Of a DNA stretch of 64,000 nt, positions 22,559 through 33,402 are shown piece by piece. The notes under the pieces are model-generated. The model saw only the letters and a list, made by a program, of their open reading frames with translations, did not search any database and had not been told where the DNA came from. The DNA is from Picochlorum sp. SENEW3. Taxonomy: Eukaryota. The stretch is from positions 62,001-126,000 of the forward strand of contig CP120459.1 in assembly GCA_034226945.1 (NCBI GenBank), in the 5' to 3' direction. Numbering within the stretch: position 1 is the stretch's first letter; every line of letters begins with the position of its first letter. Both the position numbers and the translations under genes were made by a program.

Positions 22559-23953
22559 TTATTCAGTCGACTTATTAATATCATGCTTGTTCGTATCCTC
22601 ATTTGAATTCCCATCCTTGGTGCCCTCGAATGGCTCACTGGCAAACATCCCCAGATTGATATTCTCGTACATCTTGCGAGCAGAATCATTATGGCTTTGA
22701 GATAAATCACCCATTCTCTGTTTCGACTGCATACGGACAGCTTCCAATTTGACTGGATCGATTTTCCAGACAGTCTCATGCTTCACTTTCCTCCCAGTAT
22801 TCACAAATATTTGCTCTGATGATAGCACCTTTCGCACTTGAATCTTCCATCGTGGGACATGTTTTGTGTCTGGAGCAATACTATAGTCTAGCTGTGACCT
22901 AAAATCCTCATTTGACTCTATAGCATCAAAGATATCCGGAGCAACCCCTTGTTTATCAGGAAACGTGTCCATCACCGCCACAATCATCCACTTGTACGCC
23001 ACTTTTTTGCGATGATGCTTGCGTTTCTCCCTATTATTGCTTTTTCCCTCCTCAGACCCTTCCGCCTGAATCTTCTTGAGAAGATTTTTGTACTTCCTAC
23101 GACTCACAACAGGATCGCAGTGAAACTTCTCTCCCAATTTCTTCCAATCAACCTGTCCGATTTCAGATACAATCTCACACGCTGCTTGGTAGGCCTTGTC
23201 CTTCACCAAACGGACAAGTTCATTTGTTTCATCCTCCGTCCATCTTTTTCTACCTTCTAACTTTGCACCTGCACTTCCCTGAACAGTGTTCTTGTTATAA
23301 ACAGAATGGGGTCCATGGAACCCTTTTACCATCAACCAGTGTTTCTTGCGCAAGGCATTTTGAGACCTCCCAAAATGCTCCTCCAATCTCCTCCAATCAA
23401 GCTTTACACTGCCAGTTATCGAAAGCCTATACGCTTCATCATGTACCAATTTGAACAGTTCTTCTTCATCCGTTTCATCCCACCACTTCTTCTCAGACGA
23501 GGACACGTCCTCTGGCCCAGGCGGTGGTGCTGTGGTGATGTACATTTGCCCAGTAAGGATGGCCTGCAGCTCCTCCGGCGACAAATTCTGCAAGGCATCC
23601 ATTTGCGGCTGAATACTCATCTGCAGCGATGGATCAATCCCTTCCTCCTCCCCTAACCCCTCCTGAAGATGACCCTGTGTCTCAGTATCAGTAACTCCCC
23701 CTCTACCAGGAAAAGCCATGGACGTTTGTATCGCAGCAAGCTGCTCGGCCGTCAACCCACCCAGCTGCAACAGAGGGTACGGATCCTTCTCTCTTTCATC
23801 CCTCTCCTCCTCGGACACCACGTGTGCCAGCTCGGCAAGGCCCTCACCCGTCTTTTGCCTCTTCGCAGATGCCGGTTCTACCCCTTCTTCTACCAATGAT
23901 TTTTCCTCAGATGTTGCTTTATTTTTCATATCGCCGATTGATTCCTGTTCCAT
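22559..23953 (-). CDS. Putative DNA-binding protein: two Myb/SANT-like repeats plus winged-helix (forkhead-like) domain; paralogue A
   Basis: WDETDEEELFKLV..DWRRLEEHFGRS and WTEDETNELVRLV..DWKKLGEKF repeats; C-terminal domain resembles that of 33403-35490. Confidence 0.65.
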   Translation of the reverse strand: MEQESIGDMKNKATSEEKSLVEEGVEPASAKRQKTGEGLAELAHVVSEEERDEREKDPYPLLQLGGLTAEQLAAIQTSMAFPGRGGVTDTETQGHLQEGLGEEEGIDPSLQMSIQPQMDALQNLSPEELQAILTGQMYITTAPPPGPEDVSSSEKKWWDETDEEELFKLVHDEAYRLSITGSVKLDWRRLEEHFGRSQNALRKKHWLMVKGFHGPHSVYNKNTVQGSAGAKLEGRKRWTEDETNELVRLVKDKAYQAACEIVSEIGQVDWKKLGEKFHCDPVVSRRKYKNLLKKIQAEGSEEGKSNNREKRKHHRKKVAYKWMIVAVMDTFPDKQGVAPDIFDAIESNEDFRSQLDYSIAPDTKHVPRWKIQVRKVLSSEQIFVNTGRKVKHETVWKIDPVKLEAVRMQSKQRMGDLSQSHNDSARKMYENINLGMFASEPFEGTKDGNSNEDTNKHDINKSTE

Positions 23954-24574
23954 TGTAGGAGGGTTCTACGGTTGAAAGATTTGTACAAATGTACTCAGAA
24001 AAACATGATGGACTCTTAGAATCTCTTCGTACATGGTATCATAGAATTATACCATGGTAAAAAATGATATCACGCAGTGGACTAATAGATATCAATCTAT
24101 CCATTCGATAGCAGCAGTCGTCAACCAACACTGGCAGCAACTCTGTCTCCACTGGACTCAACGATAGTTGATGCTGTAATCAAAACAATTATTAGGACAT
24201 TTAATAACTTTTTTTTTTGGGATATATTACACAGGCGAAAAATATGACGAATATCATCCAAGACAATCAGGCCCCCAGGAGGAAATCCCTAAATAAAATG
24301 TTTAGAGATTTACGTAGGGATGAAAAAAACCTCCTGACCCAAATGCTGTCCATTGGACATACTTCTCTATAGTGCTGTTCAACGATAAGGTTGCTGGGTG
24401 TTAGAAAACAGATTTTATTGACCATTCATATGACGACTGCTCCAGGTTGTGAATATTTTACTCTTGGTACCACTAAACCGAACAGGAGCAGGGAGGCCAT
24501 CATACTTCAGGCAAAATCTGATGTTGGACTTCTACTGACTATAAAATACTGTTGAACTGAACGTACTGTCTGTT

Positions 24575-27500
24575 TTAGCGGCTGTTGCTGAGAATGTTAT
24601 TTCTGGTGAGAGTCCATACCAATGGTTTCTGAATCTTCCATCGATGTGTGGTAGATTGCCATTTTAGAAAGGGCAAATCTTGCTTGTTGTTGGACCGTGG
24701 TGGGAGCTGAGATTTTCTGTGTTGCAGCGTTTCCCAGAAGTATTGCTCTGCTGTTTGACTGGCTTTTCTGACGATCTCCTGTGGGTGTTGTCGTTGTTCT
24801 CTGGTACTGTGATGTAGCATCCTATAAGCCGTTTTGCGTCCCACATCCAACGCATTGATTGTGAGAATACTGATCACTGTCCATATATGTGGATCAATAT
24901 CTTTGGGAGTTGTATTGCTCCATATGTTATGAACAAGAAGCTGGAAGTGGCTGTTGATGTCTTCATACAAAATGCCCGGTTTGAGAAGGCTATAAACATG
25001 CTTGGCAATTGGACAATCTCTGGCACAATGTTCCATTGAGGCCTGTGCATGACCACAGGCACAAGCTTTGAGCCTCTCTTCTGGGATATGGCTTACTAGA
25101 AGCCCACCTGAGTTTATATGCCAGATAATCTCTTTCCAAGGGTTGGGTACTTTCGCCCGCCACCATTTTCTGAGGTTGCCGAGCATGGTACCCAACGTTG
25201 GTTTAATCTCACTGAGTTTGTGTATCCAATTGCGCTGTGTGTCAATATTCTGTCTCCATGTTTCTGGGTCTGCTGAGTTTAAGATCAGAAGGTTTGTGCC
25301 TGCTTTTACTGTATATTTCTGGATTGGCATTTTGTCGCCCTTGTAATTATACCAGCAGAAGTTCCAGTGTTGTATGGCCGTTGGGTTGCTGAATACCGTA
25401 TTAATAAGAGAGTTAAAGGAAACTGCATTAGCTTCTTCATATTCCATCATTGCTGGATGGACCCCTGGAAGATCACATGGTTGAGTGAGGAGTTGAAGCG
25501 CCATAACTTTGTGTTCTCTGGTTGTCTGTTTGTAGTACGCCGTTGCATTCCAGATGAGGGTGGACCATATGGTGGTGGTGCCCAGGGTTAGAAGTCTAAT
25601 AAGCCATTTATATTGTCGCGCTTTAATATGTTTCTGAAAGGGGAGCATGCCCAGTCCTCCGAGGTCAGCCCTAGTTTGTATTCCTTCAGTTTTCCAACAA
25701 CGAGCATCAGGTGGGAGAAGTTGTTTGGCCAGCTTGGTTATACCTTCAATAATGGAGGGTGGAGTATGGATGAACTCTGCAGCATAAAGTAGTTTGGAGG
25801 TGACAAATTTGTTGAATAGGTCCATTTTTGCAAAGATGGAGAGTCCTGTCATACGCTTGATTTTATCCGTGAGCTTCTGTAGTTGTCTCATTTTAGTTTG
25901 CCACTGGTATGTTGGTGGATCAATGCCACTATGGAGAGTTATCCCAAGTATCTTCGCCTGGTCTGTGACTGTAAATTCATCGATCTGTTGCAGGGTTTGC
26001 AGTCGGTTTGTCATGCCTATTGGCAGGAGTTTGGTTTTCGCCTTGTTCAAATGCTGGCCTGTTGCCTCTGCAAATCGTGTCATAACTGTCCGGAATAATG
26101 GGACCTGATCTTCTTCAATGATGAGTTTGCTATCATCTGCGAACTGGAATAAGCATATCTTCATATCTGTAGCATCTAAGTCAGGGGTAGTCTGTAGTGG
26201 GCACTGCACTGTTATTCCTAATTTAGATTTCTGAATCAAGCGAGCAAGGATATATCCGATTAGTAAGTAGAGAGTTGGGGAAGCAGGGCATCCCTGTCGA
26301 AGTCCTGCAAGAAAAGATCTGTAATCTGAGAAGCAGTGGTTTGCATAGACTCGGCTCTTTGTGTCTGTCAGCATTACTTCAATCCATCCAATCATATATT
26401 CAGGCATCTGTGGTGCTGCGACATATCTGAAATAAAAAGTGCCTGTCGATGGTGTCATAGGCTTTACGAAAGTCACAGAGGGCAATTAAGGCTTCTCTGT
26501 TTTCCTGGTGGAGGAGGTAGGGGATTGTTTGAACTGCCCAGATGTTTTCTGCTGCTTGTCTGCCTGGAAGGAATGCTGTCTGTGTTGGGGGAATCAAATG
26601 CTGGAGACTCAATGTCATTCGTTCTTTAAGAATGAACCCAAATATTCTGTAGTCCACGTTTAGCAAGGTGATAGGTCTATAGTTTGCTGGGTCAGTAATA
26701 TTTCCTCCCTTTTCGATTGCTCTAATGGTACCATTATGGAAGTTGGCTGGTAGTTCTCTTCTTTGTATGATCGCTGAGAATAGTGTAGCCAGGATTGGGC
26801 ACATCCATTTACTGAACTTTCTGTAGTGAACAATTTGAAGACCATCATCTCCTGGGCTAGAGTTACGCATTTTCCTGAGTGCTTTGGAGACTTCTTGGGG
26901 GGTAATCTCTGATGAGGGATTACTGAATCTTGGAAATATAGTTTCATCGTCTGCAGTGATGAGATGTAACATGTCAAATTGAGCTGCTGCAGTTGTGTCT
27001 GGCATCTGGGATACATCTGCTATTGTATTGACTAAGCAGTTTGCTATCGTTTTGGGGCTATTATACGTGTAGTTTGACTTTGGGTCCTTCAGTGCTCCAA
27101 TGAAGTTTTTGCTTTTTGGCTTCTGCAATAACTGATAAGATAAGATATCCATTGAATCATTCGGGATGCAGCTGTGGGAATCTAAGCGGTTTGCCTGTTG
27201 ACCTTGAGATAACCTTCGTTTGCAGTCTTTAATATGTCTGTCGATTCCTTGATGTGTAGCGTGCTCCAGGTCCCTTTTTAGTATATCCAATGCTTTATGA
27301 GATGCTTGGTTCCAGATTTTGCCCAATTCCTTCTTGATATGTGGATAGTGTTTCAGTATTCTGCTGTAGCGGTCAGATTCGTCCATGTGGGTATCCAACC
27401 ATATTCCGTCTTGAAATCTTGTGAGAAACCTATGGAATTGGTTTCGTGCTTCTTCCATTGTGTCGTGATGGCATTTGGCAGCAGTTTTGATCCTTCTCAT

Positions 27501-28346
27501 ATAGACTTTTTTGTGCTCATTGGTGGAGGTTGCAGGAGTTGGTGTTTTGCTCACCACACTCATTATAACAGGCTTATGATCAGATGTCAGTCCATAGCTA
27601 TGTATTTCTATCGTCTTGATAGGCTGTATGATATAACGGTCTATATCTGGAGATATGTAGTATCTGTCCAGTCTACTGTGTATGGTGCCGGCTGGAGTAC
27701 CATGATGTTGTGTGTATCTGCCTCTCTGGCGGAGTGTCTCTTGTTGACATTCCTGAATGTTGTTACCCATCATTTGTTGCCAATATTTGATTAGATACTG
27801 TTCCTGTTTGTTGTTGGTTCTCCTCTTCGATGTAGTATCGAGGCATTGGTCCTCAATAAAGTTCCAGTCTCCTGCATATATAATGCCTGTGTTAGCATGT
27901 ATGTTAGCCTTTATTTGAGTGATCAAGGTAGTGCTGATGGACCAATGATCTGGCGTAGAGGTTGTTGGCATATACACATTTCCTATTCGCAATTTATGGC
28001 CTGCCCATTCAATGTTGAAGGTTATCATTCGTCCTGTTCCTTGCTTTTTGATAGTATGCGGATGTATGTGAATTGGTGCTCTACCGGTACGGTTTGTACG
28101 AATCCAAATCGCTATTCCTCTGGCTTTAGAGTGGTGATGGTCATTATGCCATACAGTGGTCCATTCAGCTTCAACAGTATTCTCTAGTATTGCTGTAAAG
28201 TTCTGTTCGTCTGTGTTTCCTTTGAGATGTGTTTCCTGGATTAGGGCAATATCAATCTTGTGATCCTGTAATACTTTCATTAGAGCGCTGTACTTGGTGG
28301 GCGTTAATCCCCGTATATTGAAGGTCATTAGGTTCAAGCTATTCAT
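24575..28346 (-). pseudogene. LINE ORF2 (AP endonuclease, reverse transcriptase, C-terminal Cys/His motif) split by one frameshift near 26400-26430
   Basis: TFNIRGL, IQETH, GDWN, SRLDR, SDHKPV (APE); SPGDDG, NYRPITLLNVDYRI, DFRKAYDTI, then in the next frame GLRQGCPASP, FADD; CACG..MEHCARDCP. Confidence 0.9.
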
Positions 28347-28348
28347 GA

Positions 28349-29677
28349 TTATTGGTCCATTTGTGTTGCGTCCTGGGGGTCATCCAGGCGCTCTTCTAAC
28401 CTCCGCCGAGGGGAGCCTCGGGACTTAGCATCTGTCGTGAAGGGAGGCTGTTGGCTGTTGTTCTGTGTTTCCTCTTGGAGTTCCTGTGTTGGGGGCACTG
28501 CAGTCTGTTGTATTGGACCCTCCTCATCAAGTAGCATAGGCCCCTCTCCCTCATCCGTAGGTTGGGGTTCCTTAGGTATTGTATCCTGTTGTCGTTTCTT
28601 CGTTGTGGCGGACTTCTGTTTCTTGTTTGTCTGGTTAATTGGTTCCTGCTCCGTTGCTGTTTGAGTTGTGTTGGATGGTTCTGTTGTGGTGATCATCTCC
28701 TGGTTATCCTTGTTCTGGTTATCTGTCTTCTTCTGAGTAGTTGGTTGTTGGTTCTGTGTTCCTGTGTTCTGTTCTTCCTGCTGCTCTTGTGTTGTCTTGG
28801 CAGCTTGTTCCAGATCGGTCAAATCATCATTTTGAATCTCATTTGTTTCCAACATGGTTGCATACTGTACCTCTCTAACAGGGTAGTGGGTTAGGGATGG
28901 TACTGTATCAAGTGGGACGTGTGTGCGTCTTGGTCTGAGAGGTTTCCACAACAAAGGCGTTAGGTTTGAATTTCCTGGGATCGGCAAGGTTGCAGACTTC
29001 CCTGGCTGCGAGTCCACATATTCCACAATCAGTTGGGTTGCATTTAGGAATTCTGGCGATTCCCCCTCGTTACTGGCATATCCTCGAGGTGAAATGGTTA
29101 AGAGCTCCGCTTCTTTAGAAATAATTCCCTTCTTGGCCAATTCCTCCATGATGCGGGGAACATATTTGTTGTACAGTTCCGGGTACAGCGTTGGGATCCC
29201 ATAAAGGACTGCTTGGTGGTTCCTTCTGTGTGATGTATACTGTACGGTTGTAGGAAACTGGCTGTTTTCATGTTCGAAAGTCATCCAACTGGCATCCTGA
29301 ACAATGGTTTTGAGATGCGGGAGAAGGTCCCGTGTTGTCCACATATTCCAGAAAATCCTCAGTGTCTTGGTTTTAGAGGCATAGTGGTGTCCCAGCCCTC
29401 CCTCTTCATACATACTGTTGTATGGGTTATCCACGTTATCAGCAAATAAGAGTTGACTGTCATAACTGTTCCATCTTTGTGCAAGGTGCGCTGTGAGGGA
29501 TCGGTAGACCTGAAACTTCAAGTTTTGAATATACGATGGTTCCGGTTCACCGTCATCGCACTGCATGGTAGTAGTGAAAGTGACTCTGGTTGGTTGAGCC
29601 TTCTTTTCTACTTCCTGTAGATCCGACAGATAATTTGCCAGGGCGGTCACGCTCCCGGAGGCTATCTCGGTAGCCAT
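28349..29677 (-). CDS. LINE ORF1 protein
   Basis: Long ORF ending 2 nt before the ORF2 ATG on the same strand; Gln/Thr/Glu-rich disordered C-terminal third. Confidence 0.75.
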   Translation of the reverse strand: MATEIASGSVTALANYLSDLQEVEKKAQPTRVTFTTTMQCDDGEPEPSYIQNLKFQVYRSLTAHLAQRWNSYDSQLLFADNVDNPYNSMYEEGGLGHHYASKTKTLRIFWNMWTTRDLLPHLKTIVQDASWMTFEHENSQFPTTVQYTSHRRNHQAVLYGIPTLYPELYNKYVPRIMEELAKKGIISKEAELLTISPRGYASNEGESPEFLNATQLIVEYVDSQPGKSATLPIPGNSNLTPLLWKPLRPRRTHVPLDTVPSLTHYPVREVQYATMLETNEIQNDDLTDLEQAAKTTQEQQEEQNTGTQNQQPTTQKKTDNQNKDNQEMITTTEPSNTTQTATEQEPINQTNKKQKSATTKKRQQDTIPKEPQPTDEGEGPMLLDEEGPIQQTAVPPTQELQEETQNNSQQPPFTTDAKSRGSPRRRLEERLDDPQDATQMDQ

Positions 29678-30261
29678 GGTTGTTTTCAAAATCGCCTCTA
29701 AGACGATGTGCTCGTTATGTTCAGAAACACTACGATCTCAATGTAGTTTGAGCTTATCTAGTTATTATATATATAATATATAATATTTATCTATATAAAG
29801 TTTTTTCCTCACTTTATATAGATAAAGTGAGGCGCATATACATTATCGAATAGATCATTGCCATTCTATGTAGCGGAATCGTGTTCTTGTCTCGAATGGA
29901 GGAAAATCAAATGATCGGATACCAGTACAAGACATCGTCGTGATGACGCCGTCATCCAGAACCAAGGTGTCTCATTCGGAGATATTACTCTTATATGAAT
30001 GTACCAGAATATGTATTTATGATCACTGCATAGGGCAATAGGGGGTACGACAGCGTCTGTCAGCTGCTGACTGCCAAACTGATCAATTTGACTGACAAGC
30101 ACTGCGATTGTCCGCAGAGACTGAGAAGAACTGGATGTCACTGATGCATTGATTGTTGTTTGAATCTCATGAAATGCTGCATTGTCCATTTCTATGCCGC
30201 GGGGAGCTTTTGGGCACGTGGCTTGTCATTCGACTGAATCATGTGCCGCGGGCGGTCCCGC

Positions 30262-30278
30262 ATGCGGGTATAAAATGG
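30262..30278 (+). promoter_or_regulatory. Candidate TATA box of the chitinase gene
   Basis: GGGTATAAAATGGCGG: TATAAAA in GC-rich flanks, preceded by palindrome CCCGCATGCGGG. Confidence 0.4.
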
Positions 30279-30627
30279 CGGTCCGCCAAGTTCTCAATTC
30301 ATTCTGAATAACTTATAAAAATACTTGAACTCAATTTATACCTATCAAGGTCATATTACTTAACGGGTCATTGATACTTGTTGGTACGTGTGTGTCTTCC
30401 TCGTTGACTGACTTTGTGGATCACTTCCGGAGGTTGGTTCAACATGGGCCCATACATGTGATTGCGCTCCAGTGTATGGGTACATATGTACTACTATGAT
30501 AAAAGATTTCATCTTTTATGTGTGGTGTTGCAGTTTATCGCGGGATTGATACGAGACACCGACCCGCGTCCTATACCAAAGTTCGAGAGTTACGAGAGAT
30601 ATTTCTATTACCATTATAGTGAGAGCA

Positions 30628-30963
30628 ATGAACGCAGTACAATTATTATTGGTTGGTACATTGATTGGGAGTGTACAGGGGAGCAGGAGGTTGCATGGTG
30701 ATGTATCTGGTTGCGGTGCCGGTGATGCAGCCTGCTGGTGCAAGTCAACAGGCCTGGTTGGGGGGTATGCTGATGTCGAGGTCGGGTGCGAATCATTCTA
30801 TGAATGCCTTGCTGATGGAAGAGGGTTCTATAAGGATTGCCCTGCTGGATTAATGTATGATAATGAGATGGGCATCTGCAACTGGCCATCTGAAGTGTCT
30901 TGCGAGAGTCCAACGCCTTCTTCTCCAGAACCACAACCATCTCCAGAACCAGAGCCTTCTCCA

Positions 30964-30999
<36 letters not shown>

Positions 31000-31032
31000 T
31001 CTCCAGAGCCAGAGCCTGAGCCTGAGCCTTCT

Positions 31033-31069
<37 letters not shown>

Positions 31070-32358
31070 CATCTCCATCTCCATCTCCATCTCCATCTCC
31101 ATCTCCATCTCCATCTCCATCTCCATCTCCAGAGGACGATGGCTATCCATGTGATCAGGGGGATTCATCTTGTTTCTGCGAGTACATTGGTGAAGATGGA
31201 ATGTTTGCAGATGTTAAAGATGGATGCAGATCCTACTTCTGGTGTGTGAATGGAGCAGATTACTACAGAAGTTGCTCCAATGGTTTGTTATTCAACAATG
31301 ACCAAAAAGCATGTGATTGGTCTGATAATGTCAAATGCTCTTCATCAGACCCAAGCCCATCACCTCCAAGCCCATCTCCAGAGCCTTCTCCAGAGCCAGT
31401 TCCCTCGCCATCCCCTGTCCCATCACCATCACCAGGTCCTGTGCCAGTACCAACAGGCGGAAACAAATATGTCGCTTACTTCCAAACCTGGAGCGATCCA
31501 TGGAAATCCAACCCAAAGGACTCTGCTTTGGCGAATTTACCTCCATACTTGACGCATGTGATCCTATCCTTTATGAGACCAGAGACCACATACAATGGAG
31601 GACTGACATTCGAGGGCACAGGTATTGATTTTTCATCATCGCCTACAGTGGTCAAAGACTCTATTGCCCTGCTGAAACAAAGAAACCCAGGAGTTAAGGT
31701 ACTTATTGCTGTTGGAGGAGCCACCTACACCAATTTTAAACAAATGAATGCAGCAGGAATTGCCAAATTCGTTGAAGAATTTGGGCTGGATGGTGTTGAT
31801 CTTGACTATGAACCATCATCTGCAAGCTGCACGATCTCATCCAATGATATCAGCTGCCAAACAGACCAGGAATACATTGACTCTGTCAACGCTCTTCGTG
31901 CAGCACTTCCAAGACCTTTGATACTATCCAATGCACCTTGGTCTGTGGGAGCTTATGGACTGGGAACATGGCGGGATAGTCAACCAAGAAGTCCATTCAC
32001 TGGTGTCGCAATAAACATGCTCAAATCAGTAGGAGACAAGCTCGACTTGCTCAATGTGATGTCGTATGATGCTGGAAACACATACTCTCCCATTGAAGCA
32101 CTGGCTGCCTACTCGCATTACTTCAAGGGTGACATTGCCATGGGAGTAGAGGTGGCAAACGAAGCATGGGGAGGACACGTGATCACAATGGAGGAGGTTG
32201 ATGCACTTGCTGATGCTGTCCTGAGCTCAGGTCGCTCCACAAATGGAATGATGCTCTGGTCTCTGCAAAAGAGAGCCGACCAGGGGCCAACAGCCCTTGA
32301 GATTTCACAAAGAGTCTGTTCTATTTTTGACTTACCATCTTGCTCAGATTCTTTTTAA
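30628..32358 (+). CDS. Secreted GH18 chitinase with two CBM14 (peritrophin-A-type) chitin-binding domains and Pro-rich linkers
   Basis: Signal peptide [18 protein letters not shown]; two Cys-rich modules ([19 protein letters not shown] and [19 protein letters not shown]); AVGGATY; intact DGVDLDYE (DxxDxDxE); MSYDAG. Confidence 0.9.
30921..31131 (+). repeat. Coding hexanucleotide repeats: CCWGAG-type (Pro-Glu)n then (CCATCT)10 (Pro-Ser)n
   Basis: Directly visible tandem repeats in the chitinase linker; (CCATCT)10 at 31069-31128. Confidence 0.95.
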
Positions 32359-33402
32359 TCATCACTTGCACGTATTGTTTTAGCTGTAAGATTTGAATCA
32401 AATTCGTCTCATAGAATCCTTCCGTTGAGCAAGTAGTAGTATGACATGGCCATGTTCACCATGGTGAGTCACCCTTGATAATTCAGTTGTGAGCGCCAAT
32501 CCCATTTTCGAGTCGCTCACCTGAGAAATCCAGTCAAACGTCCCAGACACGAGCGCTGATGCGCTATAATTGAATTCCTCTAGATATATTTTTAGAGGCA
32601 CGTATCGTTTTGTCGCAGAGAGACGGGTCTTTTCATCCTTGTCCTGTACCTGAGGCCCACTGCTGCAGGTGCCCATTTTCCGATTCTTTCTCTGCGAATA
32701 CTATTTTGACATATTTATATAGAGAATAGAAGGAACGCGGTACCTTTTACGCGGCAATAATTGTCTCTGTGAGAGAAACTGCAGGTCTACACGCACGTAC
32801 GAAGCGCCTTGGCTTTGTTGCAATAGGGCGGCGAGACTTGATACCAGGGCATGCAATAATATTGAATATATCGCGGTAGAAGAGGGCAACGTTTCCTGGT
32901 ACGTGTACAGTATGGTGCGGGTGGGAAAGCGTCGACACTGGGTGTGTGTCAACAACAGAACCTAAGGGGCATGATGGGAATGAGGGCTCTGGGCTATGCG
33001 TTTCTGATGGATTTTCTTATTGATATTTTGTTGATTATTGAGTATTCTCATATTGGCTTTCGGATGGAAAAATTTCGGGGCGTTGGAACTGTTTGAAAAT
33101 AGTATGTGCGGGGACAAATACTCAAACCAGACTCAGTGGATGTTTGTGTGTTGAATGGGACCATTTGGTTGGTTGGGAAACAGCACACATGTCTGAATCA
33201 TTTCATTGGAATGACTGATGGTGTCTGATTATGGGAAGCGCGACGCTTGGCTGTCTTATTGTCCGTTGTCAGGGTGTCTGAAGATGTGGGCCTTACCGGG
33301 GACAGTTGACCAGAGAAACCCTCCTTGGAGGAAAGTAGTGCGGGCATGTTGATGCTATTATTGACGCACTTGACTGTATCTTGTGCAGATTATGAATTAA
33401 AA

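Larger units (their letters stand above)
24209..29760 (-). mobile_element. Non-LTR retrotransposon (LINE, L1/Tx1-like), near full length; 5' boundary approximate
   Basis: ORF1 plus APE-RT-zinc-knuckle ORF2, ~355 nt 3' UTR, TGTAA signal then A10 tail (T-run 24209-24218 on +); intronless, A-rich sense strand. Confidence 0.9.

Noticed and set aside
29866..30189. ORF beginning MDNAAFH, resembling the Tc1/IS630 DDE motif
   Set aside because: No downstream P.YSPDLNPIE motif or other transposase features and no terminal repeats seen; probably chance
24190..30320. Target-site duplication for the LINE (AATAACTT near 24203 and 30307)
   Set aside because: Short AT-rich match about 600 nt beyond ORF1 and past the putative chitinase TATA box; not a credible boundary
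30614..31249. ORFs with (ME)n, (AL)n, (HL)n, (QS)n repeats
   Set aside because: Alternative-frame and antisense readings of the chitinase linker repeats
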